Source of the DNA: Halobacteriaceae archaeon
GTDB taxonomy: Archaea > Halobacteriota > Halobacteria > Halobacteriales > Halobacteriaceae
Length of the DNA stretch: 64,000 nt
NCBI GenBank assembly: GCA_042216675.1
Contig: JBDGTS010000008.1
Coordinates: forward strand, 1 to 64,000
Direction: 5' to 3'
In this document: positions 50,793 to 60,682 of the stretch, piece after piece
Position numbering within the stretch: position 1 is the stretch's first letter
How the letters are laid out: each line of letters starts with the position of its first letter
Made by a program: the position numbers and the translations under genes
The notes under the pieces: model-generated
The model's input: the letters and a program-made list of their open reading frames with translations, nothing else
What the model was told of the DNA's origin: nothing
Database searches by the model: none

Positions 50793-52052
50793 ATGTCGCT
50801 GCTTCGCCGCCTCTGGGACCGCCGCGAGTCGTCCCCGCTTTTCGTGGCGCTCTCAGTTCTCACCGTGGCCGTCCTCCTCTCGTGGCCCGTCGTCGACTTC
50901 TATCTCCGACAGGTCGGCGTCGGCATCCCGTTCGGATTCAACGACTTCGGGGCGTACATGAGCGCCATCCACCGCGTCCGAACCGGCGGCTCGCTGTACC
51001 AGATGACCCACGGTAGCTACCACGGCAGTTACCTCTACCCCCCCGTGACGGCCCTGATTTTCCACCCGTTCCTCGGCTTCGACTTCAAGACGGGCGCCAT
51101 CATCTTCGTCTCCGCCTCGCTCGTCCTCCTCTGGGTCGGCGTCGAGTCCGTCGCTCGCGTCCTCGGCTATGAACTCGGCGTCGCGGAGCGACTGCTCCTG
51201 TTGGTCGCGCTCTTTGGCTTCCAGCCCGCGCTTCGGGACTACAAGTGGGCGCAGATTTCCTCGCTCCTCGCCGCCCTCCTCTGTTTCGCGTTCTACACGG
51301 GCGAACTCGCCGAGGAGACGGACGACGACCGGTATCGCTACGCCAGCGGCGCGCTGACGACACTCGGAAGCGCGTTCAAGCTGTTCTTCGCCACCTCCGG
51401 CGCGCACCTCCTTCGGGACCGGAAGCGCTTCGCCGGCGCGATGGCCGCCGCGGGCGTCCTCGCCGTCGTCTCCGTCGTCGCGTTCGGCGTCGAGATGCAC
51501 CGCGACTACGTCGACGTGTTGATGTGGGGCAAGGGTTGGGGTGGCACCCGCGCGCCGTACCTCTGGGACACCTCCGCGGCGTACCGGCCGCTCTACATGC
51601 TCGGCAACCTCGGGATGGCCGCTCGCGTCGTGGGCGTGTTCGGCACCGTCGGCCTGACGCTGGCCGCCCGCCGCGACGACTCCGCCGCCGCGCGCCGCGC
51701 GACGTTCGCGCTCGGCGTCGCCGTCATTCCCCTATTGGCGCCGCTCGCCGACAGCCACGACCTCGTGGTGATGCTCCTCCCGGCGGTCATCCTCCTCGCC
51801 CTCGAACTCGACCGCCCGGACGGCTATCCGTGGATTCCGGTCCTCGCGGTCCTGCTCTTTCACCTCCACCGCTACTCCGTCGAGGTGGCGATAAATCGCC
51901 CGGACCTGCTCCCCGTCGGGTCGTCGTTCGTCCGCGCTCACGCGCCGTGGTTCCAGACCGGGATGTGGGCGACGTTCCTCCTCGTCGGTCTCGCGGCGGT
52001 CCGGGTCGCCGAACACGCCGCACTGCCGGACTGGGCGGACGCAGTGCGCTGA
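50793..52052 (+). CDS. GT87-like membrane glycosyltransferase (GT-C)
   Basis: NDFGAY, YLYPP, AQIS, FKLF; multiple TM helices. Confidence 0.8.
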   Translation: MSLLRRLWDRRESSPLFVALSVLTVAVLLSWPVVDFYLRQVGVGIPFGFNDFGAYMSAIHRVRTGGSLYQMTHGSYHGSYLYPPVTALIFHPFLGFDFKTGAIIFVSASLVLLWVGVESVARVLGYELGVAERLLLLVALFGFQPALRDYKWAQISSLLAALLCFAFYTGELAEETDDDRYRYASGALTTLGSAFKLFFATSGAHLLRDRKRFAGAMAAAGVLAVVSVVAFGVEMHRDYVDVLMWGKGWGGTRAPYLWDTSAAYRPLYMLGNLGMAARVVGVFGTVGLTLAARRDDSAAARRATFALGVAVIPLLAPLADSHDLVVMLLPAVILLALELDRPDGYPWIPVLAVLLFHLHRYSVEVAINRPDLLPVGSSFVRAHAPWFQTGMWATFLLVGLAAVRVAEHAALPDWADAVR

Positions 52053-52116
52053 CCGCTCGCGGCGCCCCGGCGCCGTGGAGACAGTTTTAACCGAGCGACC
52101 GTTCGCTTGGACAACT

Positions 52117-53436
52117 ATGGACTTCGACGGGCGACTGACTCGCCGGCGGTGGCTCTCTTCGCTGGCCGCCGCCACGGGGAGTATCGCTGGCTGCGCGGCG
52201 CCCCTCGGGGACGGCACGTCGGCCGACAGCGACGCGCCGTCGTCCGATTCCGACCCGACCACGAGGGCCGGCGGCGCCGGCGATGACTCGGCGTGGCCGA
52301 CGTTCCGTGGCGACGACAGAAACACCGGGTGCGCGCTGAACGACCACGCCCCGGCCGACTACCCGGAGCGGAAGTGGACCGTGTCCATCGGCGACGGCGT
52401 CTGGAGCAGCCCGGTCGTCGCCGACGGCCGTCTCTACATCGGCTCGATGGACTACAAGGTGTACGCGATAGACGCGGCCACCGGCGAGATAGATTGGACC
52501 TACGAGACCGACGGGCCGGTCCAATCGACGCCAACCGTCGCCGACGGCCGCGTGTACGTCGGCTCCTTCGACAAGCACGTCTACTGTCTCGACGCCGAGA
52601 CGGGCACGAAGCAGTGGTCTCACGAGACGGCCGGACTGGTCAACAGCAGTCCCACCGTGGACGACTCTCGGGTGTACATCGGCAGCGGCGTCATCGGCGT
52701 CGGGGAGGTACACTCGTATCTCGAATCGAGCGGCGTCGAACCGGAGGGTGGCGGGCTGTACGCCCTGAACCGCGAGACGGGGGCGCTCGAGTGGCGCCGG
52801 TATCCGACCTACCGAATCAGTAGCACGCCGGCGGTCGTGGACTCGACCGTCTACATCGGCCTCACGGACGGGGAGCCGAACCGGCCGCTGATAGCGGCGC
52901 TCGACGCTTCGAGCGGCGACGCCGAGTGGGAGTTCGAGACGAACAACGCGGCGATAACGAGTCCCTCGGTGCAGTCCGGTCGGGTCTACTGTGCGACGTT
53001 CTTCGGAACTGTCCACGCTCTCTCCACCGAGACTGGCGAGGAGGCGTGGGGCTTCAACATCGGTGACGGCGACATCCGGGGCTCGACCGCCGTCTGTGAC
53101 GGGTCCGTCTACGTCCCGGCGTCGGGCAACAAACTGGGGGAGCGCTCGGACAACCCGGTGCTGTACTCGCTCTCGGTGGACGGGGACGTGCAGTGGGAGC
53201 ACGAGATACCCGGCGCTCGGCAGATGGGGAGTAGCCCCGCCGTGACGAGCGACGCGATATACGTCGGCACGCACTTCCGCAACGGCGGCGGCGGGATGTA
53301 CGCCGTGAGCCACGCCGGTGAGCGCCTGTGGGGCAGAGAGGTCGAGGACGGGGAAGGCGTGGGGAGCAGCCCCGCCGTCGACGACGGCACGCTCTACTAC
53401 GGCGCGGACAACGGCATCGTGTACGCGCTGGAGTAG
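52117..53436 (+). CDS. Tat lipoprotein with PQQ-type (BamB-like) beta-propeller
   Basis: TRRRWL..IAGC; WPTFRGD..NTG; repeated SSP.V.DG..Y.GS..W. Confidence 0.9.
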   Translation: MDFDGRLTRRRWLSSLAAATGSIAGCAAPLGDGTSADSDAPSSDSDPTTRAGGAGDDSAWPTFRGDDRNTGCALNDHAPADYPERKWTVSIGDGVWSSPVVADGRLYIGSMDYKVYAIDAATGEIDWTYETDGPVQSTPTVADGRVYVGSFDKHVYCLDAETGTKQWSHETAGLVNSSPTVDDSRVYIGSGVIGVGEVHSYLESSGVEPEGGGLYALNRETGALEWRRYPTYRISSTPAVVDSTVYIGLTDGEPNRPLIAALDASSGDAEWEFETNNAAITSPSVQSGRVYCATFFGTVHALSTETGEEAWGFNIGDGDIRGSTAVCDGSVYVPASGNKLGERSDNPVLYSLSVDGDVQWEHEIPGARQMGSSPAVTSDAIYVGTHFRNGGGGMYAVSHAGERLWGREVEDGEGVGSSPAVDDGTLYYGADNGIVYALE

Positions 53437-53494
53437 CCGCGCACCGCACGGAAATACGTCATTAACTATAATGTGGGTAGTGCCATAGGGAGTC

Positions 53495-56215
53495 GTGCCA
53501 CCAAACGATACTGGCGGGGACGAGGGACGCACAGCGACGACAGACGACCTCCGACTCACCCGACGGACAGCGATGGCACTGCTCGGCGTCGGCGGCGCGG
53601 CGGCCGCCGGCGCTGGCTCGGCGGCGGCGACACACGACAAGGGGAACTCCGGCGCGCCGACGCGGCCGTGGAATCAGCACGTCGACGCTCAGGACCACGA
53701 CCTGACGAACGTCAGGGACCTCTCGACGGAGACGCTCACCGTCGACAACGTCTACACGCGTGCCCGGTGTGCCGACGTGTTGGTGTGGCGAGACGAGAGC
53801 GGGACGCTGTTCGCGGACAGTGCCGAGGAGACGCTGTACGAGGGCGACGACTTCACGGCCGCCGTGCAGGCGGCTCTCGACGGTCTCACGGACGGCCGCA
53901 CGTCGAAAGAGCGCGTCGTCGTGGCCACGTCGGGGACGATGGGGCCCCACGAGTGGGACGGCGACGTCGAGGCCATCGACGTCCCGAGTCACACGATTCT
54001 CGACCTCTGCGGGACCATCTTCGTCGAGGACGAGGGGGAGGCGCTCGTGCGACCGCTCCGGGCGCTCAACGCCGAGAACATCGAGATTCCGCACGTCCGC
54101 ATCGTGGGCAACTTCCGCGCGGCCATCTGGTTCCGGAGCGTGTTCAACGTGAAGTTCGGGCACATCGACATTCGCACGCCCGAGGACAGCATCATCTCGG
54201 GCACGGGCGGCGGGGTCCGCATCGACGGTTTCGCGAACGGGCGCGGCGACGACACCGTTCGCTGTAAAGACATTCAGGTTGACAGCGCCTACATCGAGAA
54301 CACCGTCGGCCACGCCTTCGAGACGTACGCGGTGGACCGCATTCAGGTCGGACAGGTCATCGCGAACAGGCCGAACTTCGCGGGCGTCCTCCTCAACGAC
54401 ACGCGCGACGCGACGGTCGGTGCCGTCGTCGGGAAGGAGGTGGACGTGGGCGGCGGCTACGCCGCCTTCCGCGTCGCCAACGGCTGCAAGGACGTGACCT
54501 GCGACCAGGTCGTCTGCCGGCGCGGCGCGCGCGGCGTCTTCGGCGTCTCGGGGTGTACCGACATCACCGTCGGCGAGGTCAACATCCAGCAGACGGACGC
54601 CAACGGCATCCTCATTCAGGACTGCCAGCGCTTCTCCATCAACGGCGGCGTCGTGAAGAACTGCTTCGGCGACGCCATCCGCGTCGACTCGCGCGACTCC
54701 GACAGACACGACCCCGCGGAGGGCGTCTCGGTGTCGAACGTCCGCGTCGTGGACACCCGCGAGGAGAAACAGCAGACCAACGGCATCTACGAGTCCGGTC
54801 CCGACACGGGGAACAACCGCTTCGTGGACAACGACTTGCGCGACGCCGGCACGGAGGCGAACATGCGGCTCTTTTCGGCGAGCAGTGTCGTCCGCGACAA
54901 CATGGCCGGCGGCGTGGACCACGGCACGGTGACGCTCTCCAGTGGAAGCACGCCCGCCGCGCGCGTCACCGGCGTCACCGACAAAGGCCCCTCGACGCTC
55001 GCCCTCCGGGCGAAGACGCGGGAGCCGCCGTCGTCACCCTTCGGGTACGACCACCGGTTCGAGTGGACCGGCAGCCAGTGGGACCTCGTCATCGAGTGGC
55101 AGACGGACCCCGGCGAGGACGTGCCCCTCGACTACATCGTCGACCGGCCACAGGCCAACATCGGCGAGACGCCGACCATCCCGCCGATACAGTTCGAGGG
55201 CCCCATCACCGCCGGCACCTATCGGCTGAACGCCGTCCACTCGGGACTGGCGCTCGAAACGGCGGCCGCCGACGCCGCGCCGGGCACCAACGTCCAGCAA
55301 GGCATCTGGGAGGACACCGACTACCAGAAGTGGACGGCAGTTCCCCTCGACGCCTACGAGGACCAGTTCCGAATCGAGAACTTCGCCAGCGGCGCGGTGC
55401 TCGGCGTCGAAGGTGGTTCGATGAACGACGGTGCGAACGTCAACGTCCAGTCGTGGTCCGACGTGCCGCACCAACGCTGGACCATCGAGGAGTACGGGAA
55501 CGGCCAGTACGCCGTCCGCGCGGTCCACTCCGGGCAGGCGCTCAACGTCGCCGGCGAGGACACCAACGACGGCGCGAACGTCGTCCAGTGGCCCTACGGC
55601 GGCGAGGGCGCCGGCAACGAGCTCTGGGACTTCGAGCAACAGGCCGTCGGCGGCGTCAGCGCCGGCATCGTCGACGACTTCGAGGACGGGAATCTCGACG
55701 AGTACGACGGGCAGACCGGAAACTACACCGTCAACAGCGACGCGCCGGTGGCCTCCGGCAGTCAGAGCCTGAAGAGCGACTCGGGCGGCGCCATCATCTC
55801 GATGGATGGCCTCGACCGCTACCCTGCCGAGGGGACGACGTTCTCCGCGAAAGTGGGGTACACGTCGGCGAACCCGACCATGGGTATCGCTTTCGGCGCG
55901 CAGGACGCCTCGTCGTTCTACTTCGCCCGCGTCTACCGCCCGGACGACTCCGACCCCCGCCTCCAACTGTACTCCCCGGAGAGCGGGAAACTCATCGGCG
56001 GCACGCTCTCCGGCCCGCTCACCGCGAACGCGCTGTACGAACTGGTCGTGGACTGGGCCGAGGGCGGCGAGTTCACGCTGACCATCAACGACCCCGACGG
56101 CAACGAACTCGAATCCCGGACTGCGACCGACGACGTGGGCATCGTCGGCGGCGGCGTCGGCACGCGGAACACGGCCATCCTCGACGAGTATCGCATCGAC
56201 TCGGGCACGCAGTAG
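53495..56215 (+). CDS. Tat-secreted beta-helix plus ricin-B lectin multidomain protein
   Basis: TRRTAM; beta-helix core; QxW repeats (YQKW, HQRW, NVVQW). Confidence 0.85.
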   Translation: MPPNDTGGDEGRTATTDDLRLTRRTAMALLGVGGAAAAGAGSAAATHDKGNSGAPTRPWNQHVDAQDHDLTNVRDLSTETLTVDNVYTRARCADVLVWRDESGTLFADSAEETLYEGDDFTAAVQAALDGLTDGRTSKERVVVATSGTMGPHEWDGDVEAIDVPSHTILDLCGTIFVEDEGEALVRPLRALNAENIEIPHVRIVGNFRAAIWFRSVFNVKFGHIDIRTPEDSIISGTGGGVRIDGFANGRGDDTVRCKDIQVDSAYIENTVGHAFETYAVDRIQVGQVIANRPNFAGVLLNDTRDATVGAVVGKEVDVGGGYAAFRVANGCKDVTCDQVVCRRGARGVFGVSGCTDITVGEVNIQQTDANGILIQDCQRFSINGGVVKNCFGDAIRVDSRDSDRHDPAEGVSVSNVRVVDTREEKQQTNGIYESGPDTGNNRFVDNDLRDAGTEANMRLFSASSVVRDNMAGGVDHGTVTLSSGSTPAARVTGVTDKGPSTLALRAKTREPPSSPFGYDHRFEWTGSQWDLVIEWQTDPGEDVPLDYIVDRPQANIGETPTIPPIQFEGPITAGTYRLNAVHSGLALETAAADAAPGTNVQQGIWEDTDYQKWTAVPLDAYEDQFRIENFASGAVLGVEGGSMNDGANVNVQSWSDVPHQRWTIEEYGNGQYAVRAVHSGQALNVAGEDTNDGANVVQWPYGGEGAGNELWDFEQQAVGGVSAGIVDDFEDGNLDEYDGQTGNYTVNSDAPVASGSQSLKSDSGGAIISMDGLDRYPAEGTTFSAKVGYTSANPTMGIAFGAQDASSFYFARVYRPDDSDPRLQLYSPESGKLIGGTLSGPLTANALYELVVDWAEGGEFTLTINDPDGNELESRTATDDVGIVGGGVGTRNTAILDEYRIDSGTQ

Positions 56216-56259
56216 CAACTGCGGCCACCCCCTTTCGCGGGCCGGGGTCGGCGACGCAC

Positions 56260-56872
56260 ACCCCCCGACTGCACGTCCGTGAGCGGTTCGAGGATGGGGG
56301 TGTCACCGGCGGCGACGAGCACGTCGGCCACGGAGCGTTCCGACGCCCGACCGCGGTCGCCCCCGAAGCGATAGGTCGCGCTAGTCTCGTTGAGGGACAC
56401 GCTCTCGCGGTTTCGGACGATGCCGATGGCGTCGGTCGCGGCGTCGAGGACTGCCTCGACGCGCGCCCCCGCGTCGACGACGTCGCGCTGGTCGCGGTAG
56501 TACCTGACCGCGTCCGTGACGAGCGACGCGAGGTGGCCCCACTGGTCCTGGTGTCGCTCTCTGACGAGATAGTCGGTGACGCCGGCGGAGATGGCACGAC
56601 TCGCGACCGCTTCGGTCCCCTCGCCGGTGCACAGAATGAACGGCAGCGTCGGGACCGTCGCTCGAACGGCTTCGAGGAGGGCGACCCCGTCCGTCTCCGG
56701 CAGGTCGTGGTCGCTGACGACGCACTCGATTCGCGGTTCCCCCTCGATGACGTCGATGGCCGTCCCGACCGACGCCACGGGGACGACCTGAATCGGTCCG
56801 TGGTCTGGAAGCGCGCTCACAGGCGGCGAAGGCTTCGTCCGCCGTCACCACCAGAACACGGAGCGTCGGCAC
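56260..56872 (-). pseudogene. Frameshifted, truncated receiver(+PAS) gene
   Basis: LRVLVV..EAFAA lies in a different frame from IECVVSDHDLPETDG..PFILCTGEG; shift at ~56821; no stop before it runs into the convergent gene. Confidence 0.72.
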
Positions 56873-56928
56873 GGCCCTGCCTCGAACGACTTCCGCACGG
56901 ACAATCAAACTGGCTAACGCCCGTCCGG

Positions 56929-59073
56929 TCAGTCCGCCTTCGACAGTTCGACGACGAAAACCGCGCCCTCGGGGTCGTTGTCTTCGACCCGGACCGTTCC
57001 CCCGTACGCGTCGACGAGTTGTTCGACGAGGTAGAGCCCGATTCCCGTTCCCCCGCTGTCGAGGCCCTTTTCGCCTTTCCCGAACACCGCGTCCTTCTGT
57101 GCGTCGGGCACGCCCGGTCCGTTATCGGCGATCCGGACCTCGACCACCCCGTCCCCTTCGCTCGCCGTGACGGTGACTTCGGGCACCTCCGAGTCGTTGT
57201 GCTGGATCGCGTTCGTGAGGAGGTTTCGGAACACGGAGTCGAGCAGTTCGTCCGCCAGAACCGAACAGCGTGGGATCGCCCCCTTGACGGTGACGGCGGC
57301 GCTCTGATACTCCGACCGGACCTCCTCGACCTCGGCGTGGAGCGTCGAGCGCAGTTCGACCGGCTTCAGGGTGTCGTCGGTCGAGCGCATCACGTCCGCG
57401 AGGTCGCGTGCCGTCTCGGTGAGTTCGACCGCGTGTGCGGCGCTCTCACGAATGGTCTCCAGATACCCCTGCCCCGCCTCGTCGACGTACGTGTCCAGTA
57501 CGTCCGCGTAGGCGGTCACGAGTTGGAGGTCGTTCCGGATGTCGTGACGGAGCATCTGGTTCATCAAGTCGAGGTTGTCGCGTTGCTCCGCGAGTTGCTG
57601 TTCGTACCGCTTGCGCGCCGTGATGTCCTGAATCACGCCGTCGTACAGGACTTCGCCGTCGTCCTCGTGAGCGATGGCCGTCACGCTCCCCCAGATCTCT
57701 TCGCCGTCGAGCGTGACGAGTTCGAGTTCTCTCTCGGTCACGGCCCCCTCCTCACGGAGCGTCTCGCTGAACGCCTCCCGCTGTTCGGGATCGGCGTACA
57801 GTTCCTTCACCGTCTGGTCGCGGAGCGCGTCGACCGAGTCCGCGTCGAAGATGTCCGCCATCGCTTCGTTCAGGAACCGAAATTCGCCGTCCGGCCCCGC
57901 GGTGTTCTGATAGACCCCGATCGGGAGGTTCTCGACGAGGCGCTCGTACCGCCTGAGTTCCGCTTCGCGTTCCTTCCGGTCGGTGATGTCCTGAACGACC
58001 TTGTGGAGATGCTCAGTCCTCGTCGCGTCTTCGGTGAGCGCGGCGGTGACGGCGACGTCCTTCGTCTCGCCGTCGAGGGTCTGGAACTCGACCTCGTGTC
58101 TGACCCGCTCCTGGTCCGACGAGCGGAGGGCCTCGATGAGGGTGTCGCGCTCCTCGGGGTCGGCGTACACCTCGGCGACGCGGTGGTCGCGGAGTTCCTC
58201 CGCCGACTCGGCGTTCAACAGCGAGACGAGCGCCGGGTTGACGTATTCGAACGTCCCGTCCGACGTCGCCTCGGTTCGCAGGACCCCACTCGGGACCGCC
58301 TCTAGAAGGCGTTGTGCGGCTTCGAGTTCCTGTTCGGACTGTTTTCGGTCCGTGATGTCCTGCTGGAAGCCGACGAAGTGCTCTACGGTCTCCCCCACCC
58401 GGACGGGCGCTATCGTGACGCGGTTCCAGAACTCGGTGCCGTCCCGTCGGTAGTTCCGCAGTTCGACCGTAACCGACTTTTCGGCGTCGACCGCCTCTCG
58501 AATCTCCTCGACCGGTTCGGACGCCGTCGCGTCCCCCTGCAGGAACCTGCAGTTGCGCCCGAGGACCTCCTCCTCGGCGTAGCCGGTCAGTTTCTGAAAC
58601 CCGTCGTTCGCGTAAATCAGGGGGTTGTCCTCACGACTGGGGTCGCTGACCGTGACGCCTATCGGTGCCGCGTCGACGGCCTGCACGAGTCGGTCACGGT
58701 CCCGAAGGCGTTCGCCCGGCGTCCTGATCGGCGAGACGCGCGCGAGGACGTGTGGCTCGCCATCGACGGTGACCGACGAGAGACGCGCCTCGACGAGCGG
58801 ACTCGCCCCCGAATCGGGGGTCACCGTCCACTTGTGCGTTTCACCCTCGGGGTCTTCTCGCCGGACGTGTGCCAGAATCCCGTCCGACGAGCGCTGACTG
58901 GCAGTCGCGACCGACGTGACCGTCTCCCCCCGAATCCGCTCGCGGTCGCGGTCGGCCAGTTCGCAGAACCGCCGATTGCACTCTCGAATCCGTCCCGTTT
59001 CCGATTCGATGAGCAACAGCCCATCGGGATTCTCGTCGAAGAGTGTCTGGTACGCCGCCTCGGAAACGCTCAT
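56929..59073 (-). CDS. PAS-LOV-PAS-PAS sensor histidine kinase
   Basis: NPLIYAN..GRNCRFLQG; LRHDIRN H-box; NAIQH, DNGPG, GTGIGL. Confidence 0.93.
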   Translation of the reverse strand: MSVSEAAYQTLFDENPDGLLLIESETGRIRECNRRFCELADRDRERIRGETVTSVATASQRSSDGILAHVRREDPEGETHKWTVTPDSGASPLVEARLSSVTVDGEPHVLARVSPIRTPGERLRDRDRLVQAVDAAPIGVTVSDPSREDNPLIYANDGFQKLTGYAEEEVLGRNCRFLQGDATASEPVEEIREAVDAEKSVTVELRNYRRDGTEFWNRVTIAPVRVGETVEHFVGFQQDITDRKQSEQELEAAQRLLEAVPSGVLRTEATSDGTFEYVNPALVSLLNAESAEELRDHRVAEVYADPEERDTLIEALRSSDQERVRHEVEFQTLDGETKDVAVTAALTEDATRTEHLHKVVQDITDRKEREAELRRYERLVENLPIGVYQNTAGPDGEFRFLNEAMADIFDADSVDALRDQTVKELYADPEQREAFSETLREEGAVTERELELVTLDGEEIWGSVTAIAHEDDGEVLYDGVIQDITARKRYEQQLAEQRDNLDLMNQMLRHDIRNDLQLVTAYADVLDTYVDEAGQGYLETIRESAAHAVELTETARDLADVMRSTDDTLKPVELRSTLHAEVEEVRSEYQSAAVTVKGAIPRCSVLADELLDSVFRNLLTNAIQHNDSEVPEVTVTASEGDGVVEVRIADNGPGVPDAQKDAVFGKGEKGLDSGGTGIGLYLVEQLVDAYGGTVRVEDNDPEGAVFVVELSKAD

Positions 59074-59106
59074 GCGGGGGGTTCCCCTGTGTCAGTTTAA
59101 ATGCTT

Positions 59107-59402
59107 TGAGACCGCCCTGGACTCGCGATACTCGTCCGCGCGCTCTCGACTCGGTGTACTCGCGAGGCCGCCCGGAGTCGAATCTCAGTCACTCCCGTTC
59201 GCTCGTTTCACTCGCTCACCTCCCGCTCCCTGCGTCGAATCCGCGGCCCCGTGAGCCGCTCACGATGTTCGCGGCAGCATGGACCGCCCGGATTCGAACC
59301 TCGGTCGCTGGGTCGAACCCCTACGTGCGGTCTTTCTGCCCGCGTTTTTTGCGAGGGAGCGAAGCGACCGAGGAAAAAGCGGGATGGGGCCGCCGTGGCT
59401 CG
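59107..59402 (-). repeat. Distal tRNA-Pro 3'-end fragments with modules A' and B'
   Basis: ggaccgcccggattcgaacc-like copies near 59107, 59166, 59281 and 59384. Confidence 0.8.
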
Positions 59403-59454
59403 CTGGACTCGTCACTCACGCCGCCCCGACGAGGTCGGGAACGGCCGTTCCCGG

Positions 59455-60528
59455 TCAGAATTCGGGGAAGCGTTCGAGTTCCCCCGTTGGGACCGTCTGC
59501 CTGCCGACGACGAAGTCCCCGTCCACGGATTCGGTGACCTCGAATCCCCCAATCTCCGTCGGCAGGAAGTCCTCGCTGTCAGCGGCGGCCGACGCGCGCG
59601 CCTCGTCGGTGAACGGAAACGCGAACACCTTCTCGGTCTCTTGGTCCCCGACTCTCCAGCCGATTCCCGTTCCGAGTGCGCCCTCGGGCAGGCTGTTCGT
59701 ACTCCCGCTCACGTACACCGTCCCGTACGTCACCCGAACAAACGTATCTGCCTGGACAATTTCGAATAGCCGAGCGACTTTCGCATCGACCTCGTGAGCC
59801 CGCGCAACCGCGCCGGCCCGAGCATCGACGAACGTCTCGAGCAGGTCGGCCCCCTCGGGGTCGAATACGGCGATGACGACCGAATCACTGACGCCGATCG
59901 CGTTTCCGGTCTCGTTGTTCTCGATGATAGTGACGCCCTCGTACTCCGTCGGGCCGCTGGCCCACCCCTCGTTCAGATACGCGTCGACGGCGCTCTGCTC
60001 GTCGAACGTCCCGAGGTAGACGTGCGCCGCAGCGCCGCTCTCGGACCCGTCTCGCCACGGTGTCCGGATGCGGATGGAATCGTTGACCTGTCCCGGTTCG
60101 ACGTGCTGTGGCGTGTGCTCGTCGCCCGGAAATTTGCCCGACTGACTCGATAGCAATCCGTCCTGAAGACTGGCCTTCATCGAGCGGATCGCTGCGGCGT
60201 CGACGTACCATAGCTCGAAGTTGACCGTCCCGTCGACTGTCGAGGCTGGCGCTGGTATCCAGTCGGCGTACGGATAGTCGCCGGGCGTTCTGGTTTCGGT
60301 ATCGGTCCCGCCGTCTTCAGTCTCTGTCGTGGCGTCGGTCGCGTCGCCTTCTGTCTCCGTTCCGGTTTCAGTCGTCGCCGTCGTCGCGGTGCTGTCACCG
60401 CCCCCGGGTAGCGTCGCTGTGTCCTGCGTCCGGTCGTCCGTCCCGTCACCGCTACACCCGGCCACCAGCACGGCCCCAACTAACCCGCCACGTTGGAGGA
60501 GTCGGCGTCGGCTGTAGTTGGCACTCAT
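59455..60528 (-). CDS. Tat lipoprotein with Thr-rich linker
   Basis: SRRRLL..VAGC; T/E-rich linker; YADWIP. Confidence 0.82.
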   Translation of the reverse strand: MSANYSRRRLLQRGGLVGAVLVAGCSGDGTDDRTQDTATLPGGGDSTATTATTETGTETEGDATDATTETEDGGTDTETRTPGDYPYADWIPAPASTVDGTVNFELWYVDAAAIRSMKASLQDGLLSSQSGKFPGDEHTPQHVEPGQVNDSIRIRTPWRDGSESGAAAHVYLGTFDEQSAVDAYLNEGWASGPTEYEGVTIIENNETGNAIGVSDSVVIAVFDPEGADLLETFVDARAGAVARAHEVDAKVARLFEIVQADTFVRVTYGTVYVSGSTNSLPEGALGTGIGWRVGDQETEKVFAFPFTDEARASAAADSEDFLPTEIGGFEVTESVDGDFVVGRQTVPTGELERFPEF

Positions 60529-60531
60529 CGT

Positions 60532-60560
60532 GCTAATTGTGAACGTGAATCACAATTAGC
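60532..60560. promoter_or_regulatory. Perfect 11-7-11 inverted repeat (operator or recombinase site)
   Basis: gctaattgtga-acgtgaa-tcacaattagc. Confidence 0.65.
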
Positions 60561-60682
60561 GTTTTGATAGGAATGATGACGGGCGTCCGAAAACTGGCCT
60601 CCCGGGACCTTTCCCGCAGAACGCTACACAGTTGGTGACCCGAACCGACGACGATTTGCCGAAGGGGGCTGGGGCCTTCCGG

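Noticed and set aside
54553-58305. 1250-aa plus-strand ORF
   Set aside because: Off-frame overlap with the lectin gene joined to the antisense of the kinase gene.
59043-59797. Plus-strand ORFs over the distal repeats, and ORFs at 60556..61045
   Set aside because: Translations of repeat, tRNA or antisense sequence with no protein motifs.
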